The notes below the pieces were generated by a model. That model had not been told where the DNA came from. It ran no database searches and saw only the letters and a list, made by a program, of their open reading frames with translations. A program made the translations under genes and the position numbers. Below, one piece after another: positions 50,217 through 58,209 of a stretch of 64,000 nucleotides of DNA; position 1 is the first letter of the stretch; every line of letters starts with the position of its first letter. The stretch lies in the NCBI GenBank assembly GCA_964019425.1, contig OZ025788.1, forward strand, positions 372,001 to 436,000. The letters are read 5' to 3'. This DNA is from Flectonema sp. DT1601 (lineage: Eukaryota).

Positions 50217-50523
50217 TTAGTATCCCGCGTTCACTGATATTTACATATGGGGACTGTGTTAAATAGTAAAGGAAATAACCATGTTGACGTGGTCCCTTGG
50301 CTGAGAACGGAAAACGCGATGAGTAGGACAGGCCTGACACCGCAGTGTCCCCCCTTGCTTTCTTCGCTGAAGAGGGCTGGGTAAGGGGAATGGTCCGAAG
50401 AAAGATTTTTTAATTTTAGCCCGAAACCAACCATTATTGGTTTGTTGTCCTACGAACTTTTGCATTCGATTGAATTTTCCCGCCCTCTCCCCTTCTTTTG
50501 ACTGATAATTATTAATACTAACT
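50217..50523 (+). mobile_element. Family 1 dispersed structured repeat (retrozyme-like, ~300 bp), best-preserved copy A
   Basis: Near-identical to 57933-58207, with decayed copies at 4.0, 5.3, 6.1 and 18.4 kb. It is non-coding and contains a hammerhead core. Confidence 0.75.
50323..50453 (+). ncRNA. Non-circularly permuted hammerhead ribozyme, family 1
   Basis: CUGAAGA 50367-73, GUC 50393-95 and GAAA 50423-26. Stems I (8 bp), II (7 bp) and III (4 bp) all pair flush against the core. Confidence 0.8.
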
Positions 50524-50647
50524 TTTCTGATCAAATTTTATCAAAAAAAAAAAAAACAATATTCCTCTCTTTTATTGATGATCTGTATAAGTTCCTCTTA
50601 ATAAAATTTTTATTTTATATCTGCTTGATTGCGTTGAGACCAGGGAA

Positions 50648-50947
50648 TTGGTAAAGCAAACCATGAGATTTCCGACACCAGATGATGAGCTCTCTCTGGA
50701 TATGTTCTTTCGAACTGAATGGCAGCCTTTCACGTTGTTATTGATCAGCAAGCTTGATAATCATCTTAAAGAGTTATCTGACAATCCGTTGTTGTTGAAG
50801 TTTCAGGGTATTTTTATGAGGAGGAAACTAATCGCGCACATCGAAAGGAAAATAAGTTTCTCGTTACTGGGTTCTGATGTGAAGGAGCATGTTATAGAAC
50901 TTATTGATAATTCATATAAAGTTATCGATTTGACGAACTTTCTATAG
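50648..50947 (+). other. Short ORF of uncertain status (possible gene fragment)
   Basis: 99-codon ORF with protein-like composition and no recognisable motif. Confidence 0.25.
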
Positions 50948-52260
50948 CAGATGCGCTTATCAATCCTGACTGGTCGGAGCCCAAGCTTTCTAAGTTTCTT
51001 TCTCGGTTAAGTCGCCTCCTGTGACGAAATCCCCTAGGTAGATAAAGAACGTCTCTTTCCTCTAGTGTTGCCTGTGGGGCAGCAGCGTGCACCGAAGCCA
51101 AGGATGCAGGATGGACTCCTCGACCGGGTGTACATTTTCCCTTCGGAGCCTCCTATCGTAAAATAAAACGACGGTTTTAGATGCAAAAGCAGATACGGAT
51201 TTTCACTTGTGGGTCTATTCTTTACCTCACGAGCGAAGCTGGCAACCGTGGGTTGGCCGAACCTTTTTTAGTTTAACAGTTTTAAATTACTTTTTGTTAG
51301 ACTGCAATCAAATTCCCTCTCTTTTTATTTCATGAGAGTGAGATCCCCAGGGAGTTAGGAAAAAAAAGAAGAAAAAAAAAAAAAAAAGAAGGGATCTCAT
51401 TTATTATTGTTATTTGTTGGTTCGTTCGTTTTTTTTTTTTTTCCCCCGCACTGAAAATATCTAATTAGAGTTGTTACGTAAACGAAGCGGATTCAGAGGA
51501 TGAGAAGATTTTTTAGTGTGTATGTGTGTGTGTTTTTTTGCGCAAAAATAATCTCATTCATGAGCAGGTGTTCGACCGATTTTTTTCTTTTTTCTTTTGG
51601 TTTAAGTCTTCTGACTTTTTTGACTCAAGAAATCAACGAATTCGGAAAAACTGCAGGCTCCTTCGCTAATTGTTTCGTAGCTTCTTATTAGCATTTCTTC
51701 TTGTGCATCTTCCTCTCCTTATTTTTCTGCGGAACGTTTTTAGTTTTGTTTTCCTCCTCCTTTTTGTACAAGACCTCAGAGGAAGTATCAAATTACCTTT
51801 CCAAGGGGCTATAATGGCGAAATTAGTTCTTGTCATGCGTGCTTTTTGAATTTTTTGATCCGAGAGGAAACAAAAAAAAAAAAAAGTGAGCTTCAAGCTT
51901 CAATAGTAGGATATTTTTTATAAATAAAATAAACTTCTAGGAGGAGTTCTCTGATAAACTCTGTGAAGATATATTTTTTTATTCTTTTTTTTTGCAACCT
52001 CTCTATAACAAGAAGGAAAGAGTTCTTATCTTCACACTGATCAGTGATCATCCTACTGGATCCACGAATGACCCCACAGGAAACTATATTAACTAATACA
52101 ACTGTTGCAGTAACAACAAACGGCAATGGTGGTAAATGATGGGAAAAACGACCTCCACGAGCAGTTCTTAAAAGTGAACTTGAGAAGGTCGATATGGTAG
52201 GGTGTTTTTATGACTAAAAGTAAACTTCTAAAAGGAGTTCTATGATAAACTTTGTGAGAT

Positions 52261-52368
52261 CACAAGCCAGTTATCCCTGTGGTATTTTTTGTATCACCTT
52301 GGCTTCGTCCCTCGCGAACATGAAGCAAGCTTTAGACCTTGCTTTCACATCGTCGGTATTGAATATCG
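52261..52368 (-). pseudogene. LSU (28S) rRNA domain V fragment
   Basis: Reverse complement ends in TACCACAGGGATAACTGGCTTGTG, a highly conserved LSU stretch, preceded by diverged GTGAAAGC and AAGGTG motifs in the expected order. Confidence 0.85.
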
Positions 52369-53207
52369 TAAAATGGTGCAGCAAGGCAATTACTGGGCAA
52401 AGTTAGAACTGGTGGACGCAACTTTTGGCATCCAAACTGATTCTTGGCTTTTTATTTTAATTCGATGGACAAAAAAAAGAAGACGCGTCCGGAATTGAGC
52501 CTGGTCTGGAGCACGGTACCGTACCGTTCGACCATCCCTGCTCTGAAACACATCCCAACCACTGGGGATCTCGATGCGTTCCGTGTAAAGTTTGGGGGGC
52601 CCCTCTAACCATTTTGAATTTTGTAATAACGCCCCATTTTGGAACTATTTATGTAGCAAAGGTTAGTTTGTCCATATTTCTTTTTTTGCAACCTTTGTAA
52701 GAATAAAAAGAAAAAAAAACGTTGCTGTGATTTTTATCTTGAGCGGATTCGCAATGACTCACAATGTCCTTTCTTTTTGTTTTTTCTTGTTCTTTTTCCT
52801 CCCTTATTTTTAACGACGTTTATTATAAATAACGTTTTTCTTTATTTTTTGTATAAACTTTATATTGTGACTCACATCACCCTGGTTGCGAAATGCATTG
52901 ATATTCCGGATGAGCGCAATTTCCTGCCATCCGTTCATCACTGCTTTTTCTGATGCCAATCTCAATGCGTGTCATAATATACACAAGCGAACTTTGAGTG
53001 TCATCTTTTTTAATTTTCTTAAAGAGATGTCTCAGAGATTCCTGTGAGATACATACATAGAGAATATGAATTCATTATTGTTACGTGAATCATAATATTA
53101 TAGAAGATTTTTGTACCAATTAATAAATAAATATTCGGATTGAATTCCAACTGAAAAATAAAAGTTTGCGGGTTTGCGGTGTGTCATATTACGAAGTATT
53201 GAGAATT

Positions 53208-53908
53208 CACAGGTGGTTAACCGTTCCACCCTGTCGTGTCTATCTAACCAGTACTCGATGGTATGTCGGGCTCGCTAACTAACTCAGGGATTACATAATG
53301 TTGTAGTATTGGGGACTCACAGGTGGTTAACCGTTCCACCCTATCGTGTCTATCTAACCAGTACTCGATGGTATGTCGGGCTCGCTAACTAACTCAGGGA
53401 TTACATAATGTTGTAGTATTGGGGACTCACAGGTGGTTAACCGTTCCACCCTATCGTGTCTATCTAACCAGTACTCGATGGTATGTCGGGCTCGCTAACT
53501 AACTCAGGGATTACATAATGTTGTAGTATTGGGGACTCACAGGTGGTTAACCGTTCCACCCTATCGTGTCTATCTAACCAGTACTCGATGGTATGTCGGG
53601 CTCGCTAACTAACTCAGGGATTACATAATGTTGTAGTATTGGGGACTCACAGGTGGTTAACCGTTCCACCCTATCGTGTCTATCTAACCAGTACTCGATG
53701 GTATGTCGGGCTCGCTAACTAACTCAGGGATTACATAATGTTGTAGTATTGGGGACTCACAGGTGGTTAACCGTTCCACCCTATCGTGTCTATCTAACCA
53801 GTACTCGATGGTATGTCGGGCTCGCTAACTAACTCAGGGATTACATAATGTTGTAGTATTGGGGACTCACAGGTGGTTAACCGTTCCACCCTGTCGTGTC
53901 TATCTAAC
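53208..53908. repeat. 110-bp tandem satellite, ~6.4 copies
   Basis: AGGTGGTTAA recurs at 53211, 53321, 53431, 53541, 53651, 53761 and 53871. Units are almost identical and have no variable spacers. Confidence 0.98.
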
Positions 53909-53983
53909 GAATAGCTCCGATGGACATTAAGAAATCAGTTCTTTTGAAATGGACCAATTGATAAATCCGATTTATTAATAAAC

Positions 53984-54067
53984 TGGAATGAAGTCCCTTA
54001 GAACTTACTGATGAATGCCTAAGAGGGACAAGTAGTATAAGATTAAGGCTCCTGAAACTACATATTC
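53984..54067 (+). ncRNA. Non-circularly permuted hammerhead ribozyme, family 2 (core intact)
   Basis: CUGAUGA 54008-14, GUA 54035-37 and GAAA 54054-57. Stem I is CUUA/UAAG, stem III is ACUAC/GUAGU, and stem II is bulged. Confidence 0.72.
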
Positions 54068-54681
54068 TATCACCCTTTGATGTTAGGAAACTGCAGAAAT
54101 GAATACTTTTCTTTTACTGATCTCTACTTCTTATTAAATAAAATAATAAATAAAAAATATTCTCGCTTTTCTATACCAAATTTAATGATACTAACTAACA
54201 TTCTATTTTCATAATTACGTCTCTACTACTTGTTCCTTTGTTGGTTCTAGTTACGGTGAGAGTAGCGTACAAGTGAAGATATTGCTAATGTAGTTTAGTA
54301 ATCTTTCGCCCAATGTTATTAGTTAGTTCTTTTTCTGCTAGTAGTACATATTCTTATTGGTACAGTTTCCAATGGAAAACAATCCCGAATGTAGCGACCG
54401 GTATTCTTAACTCTGTCAACAGAAAACATGAATTAATAAATTCTGACCTTCTTGGTTTGATTTCTTTTGTGTTTCGGTCATAGTTACTGGTGTCGTCTGC
54501 GATTCCTCTTCGAACACTTCTACGGGGTACAGCGTCTGCACCATTTCCGTCAGGAACACCCGCCGTTGACGTCGCACGTGACGCTTATTAGCAGCATATA
54601 TTGTTGCAGAACTTGATGGAGAACTGTTTTTTTTTTGGAACAAAAATAATGGAAGTATAATCTCACTTCTTTTTACAGTAA

Positions 54682-55752
54682 ATGAGAAATGTTTGGCTGT
54701 TGGCTGTCTCAGTTGCTATAGTAGTGTTGCTGAATGGAGTGTCGAATGTGAGTTGGGGTTTGGAAGACATTACACAGCATGTGTTTCCAAGCATCGATCT
54801 AAACATTACACAGAATGAGTTGGCAAGTACCGATCAACCAGTACCAGAATCAGCAGCATTGGATGATGGAAGTTGCCGTAACATTGACAGTTTGATGCCT
54901 GGTTCTTTTGAGAACGGAAGTTGGGTTTCTGAAAACTGCGAATTCAGACCACTGAATATTTCAGAAGTTCAAAAGTGCCTTGAAAATAAAATAGTTCTCG
55001 TAGTTGGTGATTCTCAACTAAGATCCTTGACCACGAGTGCTGCTACAGCTTTTGGATTGTCTCGCATGAAAAAAGGACATCATGATAAACCTATTAAGTT
55101 AGTAGCGCCGGGGAGTAAAAAATCACCACTACAGTTCTTCTGGAAGCCGTCCGTTAACTTTCGAGGGTTTAAGAATTATTATCCTCCCAGAAAGAATCAA
55201 CTGGCAGCGACAGATCATTTAATATTTAATGACGCAATGTCAGATATTGGTCGTTATGGCTGTGGGGTTCAAGTCTTCTATACTCGTTTATTAAAACAGA
55301 TGAGGCTGTACAAGGCAGCGATCCCATCCGAGGCTGTATTTTCACTATTTGTTCTTCACTGGATTTGGTTAGATCCAACAATTTGTAGTGAGCTTTGTCG
55401 CAAATGTAACAGCCCTGCTAAACTTGCTGCCTTCAGAGAAGCAACACTGTTAGCAGCATCATGTAGTGGAATAAGTCTCATTGATACTTCGAAAGTAACT
55501 CGATCAATGGGAATGAAGCATTCTTATGATGGTGTCCATCTTAGTGGTAGTGCTCTTCGTTTACAACTCGACATTGTGGCTCATAACATCTGCCGCCCAC
55601 GTGATGTTCCTTTCACTTCTTCAAATCCGATTCGCTGTTCAGACGAAGCAGTAATTCGTAAAAAGTGGGAAACTATCCCAGAGGCAGAAACAAGCTGTGC
55701 GACCATTCCAATAGATTGCTCACCTGAAGGGGGTGAATTTGGGGGGATTTGA
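54682..55752 (+). CDS. SGNH/PC-esterase-like (TBL/Cas1p-type) acyl-esterase or O-acetyltransferase with an N-terminal anchor
   Basis: VLVVGDSQLR and YDGVHL catalytic motifs, the W..C......CL pre-domain and an N-terminal hydrophobic segment. Confidence 0.88.
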   Translation: MRNVWLLAVSVAIVVLLNGVSNVSWGLEDITQHVFPSIDLNITQNELASTDQPVPESAALDDGSCRNIDSLMPGSFENGSWVSENCEFRPLNISEVQKCLENKIVLVVGDSQLRSLTTSAATAFGLSRMKKGHHDKPIKLVAPGSKKSPLQFFWKPSVNFRGFKNYYPPRKNQLAATDHLIFNDAMSDIGRYGCGVQVFYTRLLKQMRLYKAAIPSEAVFSLFVLHWIWLDPTICSELCRKCNSPAKLAAFREATLLAASCSGISLIDTSKVTRSMGMKHSYDGVHLSGSALRLQLDIVAHNICRPRDVPFTSSNPIRCSDEAVIRKKWETIPEAETSCATIPIDCSPEGGEFGGI

Positions 55753-56150
55753 GAGGACGTAATTCAACCAAGTGGTTAGTGAATTAAGAATCTTATTGAC
55801 TTTATGTCACTTTTCATAAGTCATCTAACTAATTGATAACTCGTGTGCTATGATGTATTATGACCTTGGTAACTTTCTTTTTTTTTGTGTGTGATTTGCT
55901 ACCGACGCGTTTGGCACGATGCTTCTTATTAGATATTCTTTTTTAATAAATTATTTATGATTTTCTAGATTATAATATCGTCAAAAAAAGAAAAAAAAAA
56001 AAATAAAAAAAAAAATAAAAAAATAAAAAGGAAAACCTAGTTAGTTAGCCAATCAAAAGTAAATATATGTTAGCCAGTTCTGACGAGTTTCGATGGACAT
56101 TAAATCAGTTCTTTTGAAATTGACATTGGTTAATCTGATTTATCAAAAAA

Positions 56151-56263
56151 ACTGGAGTGAAGTCCCAGGAACTTACTGATGAAGGCCTACGAGGGACAAG
56201 TAGTATAAGATTAAGGCTCCTGGAACTATGTATTCCGGTGTTTTATGGAACAGCAGAACAATT
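56151..56263 (+). ncRNA. Family 2 permuted hammerhead copy with GGAA instead of GAAA (probably inactive)
   Basis: CUGAUGA 56176-82 and the same helices as 53984-54067. Outer stem is ACUGGAGUG/UAUUCCGGU. Confidence 0.65.
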
Positions 56264-57895
56264 GTATTTTTATTCTCACTAATAGCTGGAAAGTGGGGAC
56301 CACAACCGTACTCTTTGGAGGTTTATCGGATCCCTGTTCATATTGCAATGAGTAGCATTGTTAATTGGATGGATGGAAAAGGTTACCAACTTAGAGTTGT
56401 GAAAATGTGTTAAGGATATGTAATCCTACGCCAGTCAAACGTCGTTTTATTTTATTAATTTTTCATCATTATCATCTTCTGGGATCAGTCTGCTTGCATC
56501 CCTTCTCCGTAGCAAACAAACTGGATCCTTCTCTGAACTCCTTTATCTCCTTATTCTCCTCATGAAATAAACACTTGAGGCAGAGTCTTCGGACCAATGC
56601 GGTCACTGCCGCTCTGGACAGCCCGTCGTTTCCCTAACGATGGTAGGAATGTGCTTCGTACGCTTAAGAGTGCGTGACTATTTCATGCTCTTCTGACGTC
56701 CTTAACCATGTTTCTCGTATTCCTTGTCAGGCTTCAACCAAAAGTGAAAAAAGAAAGGCAAACATTGAAGTGAAAACAACAATGAACAAAGAAGGCGGTT
56801 GCACCCATGAGTGCAACCAGAAAAAACAAAAAAAAATAAAAAAGAACCAAAAATTTCGAATCTCTGGTTTTTCTGGTATGACCTGAATTATGACCACTGT
56901 TTTGGTGGAATTAGAGATTTTCCTAAAAGAGAAAAAAAACTCTTTCAATCATTTACAAGGCGCTTCAGGAACAACTATAATCTTCAACCTTTAGAAATCA
57001 ATATTTTGTTTTAGCAGTGTGCTCCGAGCTACGAACTAACAAATACAAGCTTCGTTTTTTAAAAGAAATACGATAACCGACGACAAAAAAAAAAAAAACA
57101 GAAATTTAAATCAGTAGTGACGAACTGCAAGGCGTAAAGCTCTCAACTTGTAGAACGTAACCATCAGATTCGACAGTGATTTCTGGATACTTGTACTAAC
57201 ATTATTTTAGTTATGTACGAGTGTAATACATTGTCTGACTTTTCAGCGACTATCCTACAATGAAGCTTAATCTTCCTTTTTTTTCCAGTATAACCTTATT
57301 ACTCATGTAGTATTAAAAGGTTTATTACTGTTTCTACATTGTCAAACTATCACCCACGCTCAACCTGCCCCCCAAATTACCACAATTGACAACGTCTTCT
57401 GTTCAATAAGACGGAAAAAAAAAAAAAAAAAAAAAAAAAAACCCTTTTCTTTTTTCTAAACGTAATTATTTTTTGATTAACAGCTACGAATATTTTTTTT
57501 TAGTCAAGTACTTGATATTAATTTTGTTTTTAGTACCTAAAGCTGTTACTGTTTTTTACATTGTCAAAGTCTCATCCCCCAGATTCTTTCGTATTCGTAT
57601 TAAATCCCAGATGCAGCAGGGCATGGGATGCTCAACCTGTAGTGCGTGGTCCCCGGGTCAATTTGACTTGACAGCATTTCTTTCTGTGGTAGTTTATTTG
57701 AAGCATGCGATCTGGACAGAATCCAGTAATGATAATTCATGTCCAATCTGTTGCGTGTTAACCTTAATTTATTCATCCAAGTCCCCTAGGGGGATTTTGA
57801 TACGATACGAAAAGATCCTTGTAGATCCTTGCGTATCGTATTAAGTCCCCCCCTTCTTGCGTATGTTTCGTTCACAATATCTGATTTAACCCGAC

Positions 57896-58209
57896 AACTA
57901 ACTAACTAATACTAACTCTGGTCACTACCAAGGGGGACTGTGTTAAATGGTAAAATAAATAACCATGTTGACGTGGTCCCTTGGCTGAGAAGGGAAAACG
58001 CGATGAGTAGGACAGGCCTGACACCGCAGTGTCTCCCTTGCTTTCTTCGCTGAAGAGGGCTGGGTAAGGGGAATGGTCCGAAGAAAGATTTTTTAATTTT
58101 AGCCCGAAACCAACCATTATTGGTTTGTTGTCCTACGAACTTTTGCATTCGATTGAATTTTCCCACCCTCTCCCCTTCTTTTGACTGATAACCATTAATA
58201 GTAACTAAC
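57896..58209 (+). mobile_element. Family 1 dispersed structured repeat, copy B, flanked by TAAC-rich tracts
   Basis: Near-identical to 50249-50523. AACTAACTAACTAATACTAACT lies upstream and GTAACTAAC downstream. Confidence 0.75.
58007..58136 (+). ncRNA. Non-circularly permuted hammerhead ribozyme, family 1 copy B
   Basis: CUGAAGA 58050-56, GUC 58076-78 and AGCCC-GAAAC 58101-10, with a 9-bp stem I CUUUCUUCG/CGAAGAAAG. Confidence 0.8.

Noticed and set aside
50231..50534. Repeated minus-strand ORFs (also 57902-58211)
   Set aside because: They recur only because the repeat is duplicated. Frames differ between copies and the + strand RNA fold explains the sequence
51067..51160. HDV-like ribozyme suggested by CTCCTCG and GTGCACC/GGTGTAC
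   Set aside because: No P3 pairing, no GG for P1.1 and no P2 partner found
53208..53908. CRISPR-like array
   Set aside because: Units are essentially identical over the full 110 bp with no unique spacers, there are no cas genes, and the context is eukaryotic
53208..53908. Spliced-leader RNA or 5S rRNA gene array
   Set aside because: Neither strand shows the euglenozoan SL motif (ACAGTTTCTGTACT..ATTG followed by GT) or a recognisable 5S sequence
56460..56870. Minus-strand remnant of a non-LTR retrotransposon C-terminus
   Set aside because: Only a vague E.VTH resemblance interrupted by stops; not supportable without a search
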